DNA from: an archaeon
GTDB taxonomy: Archaea; SpSt-1190; DYHY01
NCBI GenBank assembly: GCA_037442745.1
Contig: JBBIPP010000002.1
Span: forward strand, 46,363-110,362
Length of the DNA: 64,000 nt
Direction: 5' to 3'
Of the stretch, positions 1 through 10,100 are shown piece after piece. The first letter of the stretch is position 1; each line of letters opens with the position of its first letter. The notes under the pieces are model-generated. The model ran no database searches. It saw nothing but the letters and a program-made list of their open reading frames with translations, and was not told where the DNA came from. The translations under genes and the position numbers were made by a program.

Positions 1-2
1 TT

Positions 3-3000
3 TCCGCATATTCCCCCGCATATGTCTGGAACCAATCCCAAGGGAACCAGACTGTCTGCGTCGGGGGAAGCGAGAACATTTTCGCCTGCGACACGACAAC
101 CCCCGCTTTGGGCCGGGTTTACTCCAAAGTCCACCTCCTTCCGAACACTCTCGTTATTGTAAATGACGAGTTCGGGCTTCCGGTGGCGGGCTTCAATATT
201 ACAGTTACAGACTCTTCGTCCTGGCTAGCCTATCTCTCCGACGGTGGGGCTGGAGACGAAAATTCCAGCGCCGGAGCCTTTCTCTTCCCCTTCGACACTG
301 CAAAAAGAAACGCGCCATTCTCAATAGAGTTCAACATTGCCCCTAACTACAACAACACCGGCCTCTCGTCCTGGAGCCAGTCCTTCGCTCCGACAAACAC
401 GAGCCAGACTGTAATACAAAAGACATCGAAATATTCCGTCCTATTCAACCTCCTAGACGAATTCGGCTCAATTGTGAACAGGACAGGGGGCTCAATTGTC
501 TACAACCCGGATAGCGAATTCGGGTTCTACCCAGTAGCCTGCATTGCAAACCCATCCGACAACCACGTTTTCGGATGCAAAATACCAAGCGTTGCAAAGA
601 TTTCCAACACTTCTTACGGGTCATTTGGGGCGCCCTTTTCAGTTGAAAAACCCGGGTTTGTGAGTTTCCGAACGCTCCGCCTCATTCCACCAATGACTCC
701 CGCATCAGGCCAGATAAACACGACTGAGCGCGCGAACTTTACGGTAATTGTGCAGGGAATGGACGCTTACAACTATTCCTCAATAGACTATTCAAAAATC
801 AGCTCTGTCGAGACCCAGTTCGCCGGCGCATGCTCGAGGAACGGGACAATGTCTGTTTGGGGATGCCCCTCAACAGTCTCGGACGCATATGTTAACATAA
901 CGCCGACCAATGCCAGCGGATTTCTCTACTCGAACATCTCAATATCCCCGTCCGCCCTTGTCCAGAAGGTCTATCAATCGCTCAACAACTATTCCGTTGA
1001 AGTGGAGACCTTCGACGAACTAGCCCAAAGGCTGGTATTCCAAAACATTTCATCAGTCGCATTCAACGGGACAATAAGCTGTGTCCAGAACCCGCTCAAT
1101 TCATCCAATTGGGGCTGCCCAGTGCCAATAGCGTCCGCGAACTCGACAATAATTGCGTCTGCCAGCCCTTCAGGCAGTTATGTTAATTCACAGTCGTCCA
1201 TTATTTCCCCCCCAGCCTCCATATACTCCGCATTTCCGAACAGGACAACAACTTACCACAACTACACAGTAAGGATAAACTCAACGGACGAATTCTCAAG
1301 AAGAGTCCAAGTCTTCGGCGCTAGCGTAACCGCACATTCAGGCCTCTTCACAATTACCTGCCTGAACTCAAGCCTCTCAGACTGGTTCTGCCCAGTTCCG
1401 GCCGGAAGCCAGTTCACTGTCCGCACAAAAATCCCTGGATATGTTTCCTCAAACATCTCCTCGACTGCCCCAGTTCCGTCCCAGAACCAGTTGAGGATAA
1501 AGAGCCAGAACCAGTTCACAATAATTGTCTATACCCGGGACTCTTTGGGAGGGTTCCCAGACATCAGGGGATCCGGGAACGTCACGTTCGGGGGACTTCA
1601 GTGCGTTAACAATTCCGTCGCGACTTTTGTATGGGGCTGCCCGATCCAATGGTCAAGCGCGGGATTTGCCACAGTAACCAATCCGGGAATAATCTCGTGG
1701 AACTCCTCCAACTACACCTCGAACGGGGAGGACGGCCCCCAGGTTCCGATTTTCGGGAACTTCAACTACACCCTTCTGGTAAATCTCACTGACGAGATTG
1801 GGAACGCGCTTTCTGGAGCGACCGTCAACTCAACCGGCCTCGAATTCCCCTGCCAGTTCGAGAGCCCCGGGAAATACCACTGCCCCGTTTCATCCCAGAA
1901 TTCGACAGTCACTGCATCGAAAACCGGATATGTTAACAGGACCGCGGTTGCTGCAGGAATGTCGACTGCAGGACCCCAGCAAATCCTCCAACTTACAAGC
2001 TCGAACTCCTCAGGCCTAGAATACTCCGCCTCAATAAGGATAACAAGGGAGACAAACGACACCGGCTATCTCCAGGAAATGAGCGAGTTAATAGAATTCA
2101 TTAACGCGACAAGCGGGGTCGCAATAGCTAATTCAGGAAACAGATCAGACATCTCTTCTCCGAACGTATTCCTCTTCGCTTTCCCGCCCGGGACGCAGAA
2201 CATTATTGTCAGAAAGCCTGGCTATGTCGACCGGCTCATCTCGATGGTGACGACTTCAGCAGTCCAACAGCAGGAAGTTACTGACCATAAATTCTCCCTG
2301 AGAATAGGCCTTTTCGCCGAAAACGGAACATCAATAACTTCGGGCGCCATGCTCTATCCGTACAGCCATCACAGGAACACAACCGCCACAACTCCCTACT
2401 ATTATTTCGCAATACCTTCCGGGTTCTCGACAGTCCATGCCGGAAAAACAGGGTATGTCAACAACTCGACATCTGCCACAATCAACACAACCTACCCGAA
2501 CAACCAGATGCAGCTGACGTTAATTCTCCCCACTTCCCTCAAAATTACCGCGCTCGACTGGGGAGGAGCTCCCCTGAACGGGACAACCGTAACACTGGCA
2601 TATTCCTCAAACAGCACAATCCTTCTCCAGAGAAACATGTCCTCTTCCGAGAATGTCGGATATTTCGACATCCCGGCAACAACGCCCGCATTAAACATTT
2701 CCGTTTCAAAGCAGGGGTATAACACCGCCGGCTTTTCCTTCCAGACCTTCTCAGAGTTCTTGCAAAATGCCCTCGTCACATCACAGGCCCAAGGAATAAA
2801 CCTGACAATAACAGACTGGGCGGGCCTTCCGGTTTCAAATGTAACTGTTCGCCTCTACAGGAACACTTTCTCCCCATCGGAAAAAATCGCGACATGCGTC
2901 ACAACATCCGCCGGAACGTGCCAATTCACGCCAGATAACGGCCCGGCAGATTCCGAGACAGCATTCTTCAATTCTTCACGCCTCTCCCGGGGGAACCTAA

Positions 3001-4178
3001 TCTTAGTTGATGCGACAAAGCCAGGATTCGCCGGAATACAGACAACCGGCCCTTCATATTATTACCAGAACCTTACGTCCCCTCTCCAAGCCGGGCAGTT
3101 CAGGATTTCCGGCAAAATTGTCCTTTTTGTCAGGAACTCGTGGAACGCGAGCCACGTTGCGAACGCGACAGTAACGCTTTCGAACCTCTCTGCATCCACA
3201 ATTGCCCTCGGCCGGACGAACTCGACTGGTGGAAAGGAATTCCTTCCGAATTATTATGCCTACGCCGATTCCACAGACAGCCAGCTCTCCCCCCAGGAAA
3301 CAGCCCATTTGGCATCAATCTGGCCGACTGCTTCAAAGGCAGGGTATTCGAACAACACTACAATACTCTCCTTCAACTCGTCAAAGCTCTCTGAAATGAC
3401 AATAATTCTTTCAGATTCCGAGCCACCCGTATTCTCGTTCTACTGGCCGGACGGCTCGGCATATAACGGGCTGGCCTCCTTGCCCTATCACGGAAACTCA
3501 GTCGGGTTCGAGAGGTTCAACGCAACATTCTCAGTCTCAGACCCGTACGGCTCGGACGGCTCCGGCCTCGCTCCGAACGGGATTAGATACAGGATTCTCA
3601 ACTCGACCGGGGGGATTTTCCTCAGCTGGACTCTCCCCTCCTGCTCATCCGGAATCTGCAACTTTTCAATCCTAGGTACGGAGATTCCCGCTGGCAACTT
3701 TTCAATTGTCCTGAATTCGACTGACAATTCCGGGCTTTCGAACTCCACCAACTTTACAATCCTCTCAATACCTGTTGCGAATTCGACTGCAATAAACTTC
3801 TCGAAACCCTCCGCGTTCTCCCACGGCCTCGACTATTGGAACTTTTCGTTCGACCTCCTCCTGAAAGGGGACTATGCCCGGATGAAGCTCTCGGACTTTT
3901 CCGGAATAGCCGGAGGATACCTGAACATTACCGAATCCGGATGCCCGAACGGAGCCTGCGCAAGAATGTGGTACTACAATTCGAGCTGTCTCCCAGAGAG
4001 CGCTCCAGTTTCGAACGAGTACAATTCGACCTTCGTCCCGTCCGCATTCTGCGACACGAACATGACGACCCCGCACATCAAAGAGGCAAAAATCTTCCTC
4101 ATTGTCTCAATTCCGCCAGGCGTTCCTTCGGACAGATACAACGGAACTTACGGCTTTTCTGGAGGGGCGACTGACTAG
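3..4178 (+). CDS. Giant secreted surface protein, 5'-truncated by the window edge; Cys-bridged beta-sandwich repeats; paralog of the next gene
   Basis: The frame is open from position 3 (SAYSPAYVWNQ...), so the TTG at 108 is probably not the start. Repeated C-x(n)-[WF]GCP units and many N-x-S/T sequons. Collinear with 4179..12107 (LKITALDWGGAPLNGTT vs LKIISLDWGGAPLNGTT; YYYQNLTSPL vs YYYQNSTSPL). Confidence 0.8.
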   Translation, partial: SAYSPAYVWNQSQGNQTVCVGGSENIFACDTTTPALGRVYSKVHLLPNTLVIVNDEFGLPVAGFNITVTDSSSWLAYLSDGGAGDENSSAGAFLFPFDTAKRNAPFSIEFNIAPNYNNTGLSSWSQSFAPTNTSQTVIQKTSKYSVLFNLLDEFGSIVNRTGGSIVYNPDSEFGFYPVACIANPSDNHVFGCKIPSVAKISNTSYGSFGAPFSVEKPGFVSFRTLRLIPPMTPASGQINTTERANFTVIVQGMDAYNYSSIDYSKISSVETQFAGACSRNGTMSVWGCPSTVSDAYVNITPTNASGFLYSNISISPSALVQKVYQSLNNYSVEVETFDELAQRLVFQNISSVAFNGTISCVQNPLNSSNWGCPVPIASANSTIIASASPSGSYVNSQSSIISPPASIYSAFPNRTTTYHNYTVRINSTDEFSRRVQVFGASVTAHSGLFTITCLNSSLSDWFCPVPAGSQFTVRTKIPGYVSSNISSTAPVPSQNQLRIKSQNQFTIIVYTRDSLGGFPDIRGSGNVTFGGLQCVNNSVATFVWGCPIQWSSAGFATVTNPGIISWNSSNYTSNGEDGPQVPIFGNFNYTLLVNLTDEIGNALSGATVNSTGLEFPCQFESPGKYHCPVSSQNSTVTASKTGYVNRTAVAAGMSTAGPQQILQLTSSNSSGLEYSASIRITRETNDTGYLQEMSELIEFINATSGVAIANSGNRSDISSPNVFLFAFPPGTQNIIVRKPGYVDRLISMVTTSAVQQQEVTDHKFSLRIGLFAENGTSITSGAMLYPYSHHRNTTATTPYYYFAIPSGFSTVHAGKTGYVNNSTSATINTTYPNNQMQLTLILPTSLKITALDWGGAPLNGTTVTLAYSSNSTILLQRNMSSSENVGYFDIPATTPALNISVSKQGYNTAGFSFQTFSEFLQNALVTSQAQGINLTITDWAGLPVSNVTVRLYRNTFSPSEKIATCVTTSAGTCQFTPDNGPADSETAFFNSSRLSRGNLILVDATKPGFAGIQTTGPSYYYQNLTSPLQAGQFRISGKIVLFVRNSWNASHVANATVTLSNLSASTIALGRTNSTGGKEFLPNYYAYADSTDSQLSPQETAHLASIWPTASKAGYSNNTTILSFNSSKLSEMTIILSDSEPPVFSFYWPDGSAYNGLASLPYHGNSVGFERFNATFSVSDPYGSDGSGLAPNGIRYRILNSTGGIFLSWTLPSCSSGICNFSILGTEIPAGNFSIVLNSTDNSGLSNSTNFTILSIPVANSTAINFSKPSAFSHGLDYWNFSFDLLLKGDYARMKLSDFSGIAGGYLNITESGCPNGACARMWYYNSSCLPESAPVSNEYNSTFVPSAFCDTNMTTPHIKEAKIFLIVSIPPGVPSDRYNGTYGFSGGATD

Positions 4179-7100
4179 ATGGCAAAACTTGGCAAGAAAT
4201 TGGCAACAATCCTCGCGTTGGCGCTCCTTATTGCAATCATTTCCACCGGCTTTTCAGCCCCCTCTTTCACTGCAGAAATATCTCCCGAAATTGTCAGCAC
4301 GAACCAGAACGTGACCTTTTCAGTAACTATTCAGAACACAGGCTCAGAAACAATAACTGACGTAGTCATGCCTTTCAGCAGCTTCACGAGCGGAGTAATA
4401 ACATATGCCAGTTGCCCATATTCAAATTTCCACGAGACAATAATAAGCGGGGAAGGACTAAACGCCCTAATTTGCTCGGCGAGCGGAGGAACGGGGATAA
4501 CTGCGGGAGGGTCTGCCCTACTTGTTGTTAACATCTCCTCAGCTCCGGGGAGCGTCCCCCAGACAAACCCTGTTGAAATACCAGTATCAGCATACAACTC
4601 AACCGGAGGCATTACAAGCGGCCAAGTCTATGTGACTGTTGAGAACGAAATATCCATTTCCGCAGAGGTTTCAACACCCCTCCCTCAGAGGGCCGTTTCA
4701 GGGCAGACCGGCCTCTCCGCGACATTCAGGGTTGACAACAACGGGGATGCTGTCGCGCTCTCGGTAAACCCGAACATCTCAATACTCGCGCCCTACCAGT
4801 CAATAACCCCCTCAATAACCGCCGGCGGAAACATTAACGGAGGAAGCTTCCGTAACTACATATCGAACTTCAACATTCCCTCCGGAACCTCTCCCGGGAC
4901 ACTCACACTTAGATTCAACGCAACCGGAATTGACGAAAACAGCCTTTTCACTGATTTCACCTCAGAGACCTCCTTCACAACAGTCTATAGCCCGCCAATT
5001 GTCAACGTCTACTCAATAACCACGAACGCCTCGTTTGTCTCCACCAATTCTGAGCATTCGGTCGCAAGGCTCTCTGTTGTTGTTGGAATACCGGGCTCGC
5101 CATCGACAATATCGAACGCAAACATAAGCCTTGCGACAATTCGGATTGTCTCAGGAACCGGGGCGGACGACAGCTCCGGATACACCTCCCCCCTTCGGAC
5201 AGATTCCGTAACCGAACTTGTTCCTGGAATGAACGCTACACTGACATTCGATGTCCGGACAACAAACCCTTCAGAAGGCCAGAAATTCGCAAACTTCACA
5301 ATAAACTACTACGACGGGATATCTGGACAGATCCTGAACCAAAGCGTCCTCAACAACAGGACAATATTCGCCGTTGATAGGACCTCACCTCAGGTTTCAG
5401 TCCTCTCAATATCCTCAACAGCAAACATCCAGAACTTCTTCCGGCAAGGGGAGACAATATCAATCAATTCCTCCGTTGCCGACACCTTTTCCGGAATATC
5501 AAGCCCACTTTGCGATGTTTTCATAGGTGGAATTTATGCGGGGACCTTGCCTCTGGTTGCCAACAGGTGCGAAGGGAGCGTCAATGTGCCGGAACACCCT
5601 TCCCTCTATGGCTCTGAGAACGTCGAAGTCAGGGTGAAAGATTCCGTTGGGAACGAAGGGACTGGTACAAAGGCAATAAGCATCTACACGCTTGTTGTCA
5701 ATGCGACAGACGCCCTGACTGGCGCGGACATAAAGGAGGGAACTGACTTTTCCAACGCAACTGCTGTTGCGTTCAATTCCAGCGGGGGGAATCACTTCTC
5801 CTGCACAACCCTATTCGGGACAAAGAGCCAGCTTTGCGGAGTTCCGCTTGGGACAATTGTGAATGTCTCTCTCTCCTCACCAGCATATGTCACAAACAAC
5901 CGGACTCTTGACGCATCGAGGATATGTGTTGGAATAGGAGATCTCAGCTCTTGCTCGGAAAACCTCCCTTCGGGCGGGGCGAATACAATATCAATAGCAC
6001 TTGTGCCGAACACGAGAATAATAATCCTAAACGAGTTCAACCAGTCAATTCTCATGGGGAACGTTACTGTCAAGGATTCCGCAACAACCCCTTGGTACAA
6101 GCCCTTCATTGACGGGGGAAGCTTCGATTCCGACGGAACTGTGAACGGCTCAGTAATAGCCCCTATTGACACTGGAAAGCACACAAGCCCGTTTGACATT
6201 AGGGCGAACCTCGATTCCCCGTTCAATCCGGGGTATCTCCAGGCAACCAATTCCGGATATGTGCCCTCCCAAGCGAGCCAGACTACCCTGACTCTTCGGC
6301 AGAAATTCACAATACTTGTAAGGGTATTTGACGAATTCAACTCGCCAATCCTCACTTCGACCGGCTCTGTTTCCTTCACGAACGCGAACGGAACAACACA
6401 ATGCGTCCAGAACCACGCCAACCTCTCGGAATATGGATGCCCTGTAATGACTGTTTCTGAAAATCCCCACCTTTTATCAGGAGGAAACGTCACTGTGGCC
6501 AAGCCGGGATATGTTACGAAAAAACTGACCGGAATTGTTCCTCCGGCAGACACCCAAAGCTCCCAAATCGCGCTCTCGACGAACCTTGACTTTAACCTCG
6601 GAGTCCGAGTCCTTGACCAGTTCGGAAACCTTTCCCTGACAACAACAGAGATAGAGCGCGTATATGTGCAGTCAGGCAACTGCACTTATTCGGGCGGCTC
6701 CTGGGGATGCGCGGCGGTTGCCGGAGATGAGGTCGGGATAACAATACTTCCCCGGCCCTCCAGCGGATATCTTAGAAGAGTCAGCCAGACAGTCCCATTT
6801 GTCGACTATGTAAAATCAAATGTCAACATAACAATTCCCTACACTCTTCTGCTTTCGGCGAGAGACGAGCTTTCCCGGAGCATTAACGGGACGAACGTCT
6901 CCTCAGTTACTTTCCTCTTTGGAGCGGGCATTTCCTGCAGAATGAATTCGACCGCATCTCCTTCCTGGGGATGCCCTGTCCCGGCGGGAACTGCTTCCGC
7001 AGGAATTTGGGTGAACGTCTCCCAAGCCTCAGGCAGGATGAACCAGCTCCTCTCAGCACAGTCAATCCCGTCCGATGTATTTGGAAACCAAACAACCGTG

Positions 7101-10100
7101 TATTCCTCGAACAATTTCACTCTCCGCGTCCTTCCCCTGACCGAATTCGGAAACCAGCTTCCCCTCTCCGGCCTTGCAGTCGCATGGAACTCTGAAGCAT
7201 GCATCCAGTCAGGAGCATACTGGTATTGCCCTGCTCCAGCGGAATCCCTCGCAAACATTTATTCTAGGGCGGACGGGTTCATTGACTTTTTGAACTCCTC
7301 AGTCACCGCTCCGGCAGTCTCGGGAACAAGGACTGAACTGAACACATCGAACAAATACTCGATCCTTATAGGGACTTTTGACGAATTCTCAACTCCACGG
7401 AACTTCTCTTCCGGTTCCGTCTCTTTTGCCGGAGTAGCCTGCCAGGTGAATCCGTTGAGCCCCTATTACTGGGGCTGCCCGATACTCGGGGGAACTTCCG
7501 GGCAGGGAAGGATAGCGAAGGAAGGATTCGTCAACCACACAACCGGGACAATTGTCGCTCAGTTCGGGAACGGGACCCAAGGGATACTTTCTTCTGCAAA
7601 CCAATTCACACTCAAGGCGACAATATACGACGAGCTTGGGTCCAACTTCTCATCAGGAGTTGTCCTTGCATCGAATTCAACGTGCGAGCAGTTCATCTCA
7701 GCCCCGAACAACACCTACTTCTGCCAGGCACGCCCCCCAGACTCGGCCCTGACAATAGCAAAGGCAGGGTTCGAGACATCAAGCTACTATGTATCAGGTC
7801 TAAGCGACGCCTCCCAAACGGCGGTCACAATAAACGGGACAGGCTCGCCCAAGTATTCTGCGGTAATAACTGTCAGAAGGAATCCTTCCAGCGGGGATGA
7901 GAGCGCGCTTGCCGGCGCAATATTCCTCAACAGCACAACCCGCGCCCAGATAATTCCCTCCTGGTCGAGCGGGAACAGGTATTACTTTTCCCTAGAAGCA
8001 GGGAATAATTCCCTCCTAATAAACAAGAGCGGATATGTTGAAAAGCTCTATTCCTTCTTAACAACTCCGGCAGCCCAGCATTCAGGAGAGGCAATAATAG
8101 ACTATTCCCTCCGGGTCGAGATAATATCAGAGAACGGAACTGGTGTCAGGGGGGCGACCCTTTCATCCAGCTCAGGAACGCCCTTCATTGAGGCGAACTC
8201 AGCTCCAAGCTACTATTCGGCAATTGATTCCGGGACATACTCCGTCCAGATGAGAAAGGCGGGGTTTGTGACAACAAGCCCGCAGGCTTTTTCAATAAAC
8301 ACGACATATCCATCAAACCAGACATTAGTCCGGCTGACGCCCCTCTATACCCTCAAAATAATCTCCCTTGACTGGGGAGGGGCTCCCTTGAACGGGACAA
8401 CCGCGAAAGCTACTGGGCAAGCCGAATTCACCGGAACCTCGAACGTAATTTATTTCGAGGCAAATCCCTTGACAACTCCCACGGCAGACGTCAATGTCTC
8501 GAAGAGCGGATATAACACAGTGTCCGCCAATGGAATACCAATTTCCAACTCAAGCCAAAACGTAACATTTACTTACCATGCCCAGCAAATCTCTGCCAGG
8601 GCGGCCGGCTGGGACAACTCCCCAATTGACGGAGCAGTCCTCCGGCTCCACTACAACGGCACGGAAATAGCATCTTGCACTACCGGCTCCTACGGAAACT
8701 GCACATTCCTTTCAACAAACGGGGCATCGAACGATTCCTATTTCAACTCCTCAGAAATAGGGCTTGCCTCGAACATAACCGTTTCCGCAGAAAAATCCGG
8801 GGGCTATTACCGGGCGACATCCCTTGGAGAAGCATACTATTACCAGAACTCAACCTCTCCCCTGTCAATTGGAACTGTTCGGATAGGAATACCTCCGAGA
8901 ATAAGGGCTGTCCAGGCCTGGAACGCGTCCCTTCCGGTAGTTGGCGCGACAGTCGTGTTGTCAAACTCCACAGGAGCAATTGCGTCCAACTCGACTGATT
9001 CTGAGGGATATGCTGTCTTCATCCCGGACTTTTTGTCCGCGCCCTCGCAGTCCGACTATTTGATTTCAGGAACAGAAGCAGTTCAAGGGACTTTGTATTT
9101 CGACATATCAATGCTCGGATATTCCCCGGCCTCCGGGAACTTTTACTTCAACGCAAGCGAGCAGGTGAATATGACAGTCCCCATGAACGATAGCCAGGCT
9201 CCCCTCGTGTCTCTAGGGTTCTCCGGAAGGAACGGGAGCGCACATGTTAAATTCGAAAACTTCAACCTCTCAATATATCTGGACGAAGTCTATTCAGGGG
9301 ATTCCTCAGGAATTGACTATTCCCTTTCCCACTATAACATTACGTGGGAGAACGGGACACTTGTCAGGGGGCCCGTCAACCTGTCAGTCTGCCCCTCTCA
9401 AGCCCCGATTGGGGGATTGTGCAACCTGACCGGAGTCAACGGATGGGATCTTCCTGTCGGTAACCTGACAGTGAACCTTTTCGCGAAAGACATTCAGGGC
9501 AACTCGAACTCGACAAATATCCCGTTCGTCTCAGAGCCGGGAATAAACGAGACATTCATCTTAATGGAGAGGGCTTCGGCTTCGAACTATGGAGGCGATT
9601 TTTTCCTCGTCACATGGGGCCTTGTAGTGAAGGGAACCCAAGGAAAGCTTCAGATATCGAACCTCGAACCAATAAACTGCACTTCCTGCCCGCCTTTCCC
9701 AATTTCCGGGTGGGCGAGCCTTCTCTATAACGATGTTGCGGGATGCGAAGGGGCCAAAAAACAGGCACAGGTGCGTAACACCTGGCCACTTGGCCAGACG
9801 CCCGCAGCCTTCTGCGACTATTCCCCAGGGACTCGGTATGCGAGGGAACAGAACGTTACCCTGAAAATTCTGCTCCCTACAGGCCTCTCGAACGCCAAAT
9901 ACAACGCAACATATCTCTGGAAAGGGATGTACGAAGATCTCCCGCCAACTAACCTGACAATTGTCGGGGTCAATGCATCAACCCTCTCGCCTGAAGCTGG
10001 GGAGAACTTTACAGTCACTGCAATTGTCTACGCAACGCCCGGAGCCTCGAGCGCCGACGAAGTTGTTGTCGGGCTCAATTCGTCCGAGGGATCCCCGATT

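Noticed and set aside
5792-6685. 297-aa antisense ORF and other antisense ORFs within the surface genes
   Set aside because: By-product of the Thr/Ser/Asn codon bias of the sense genes; no independent coding signal.
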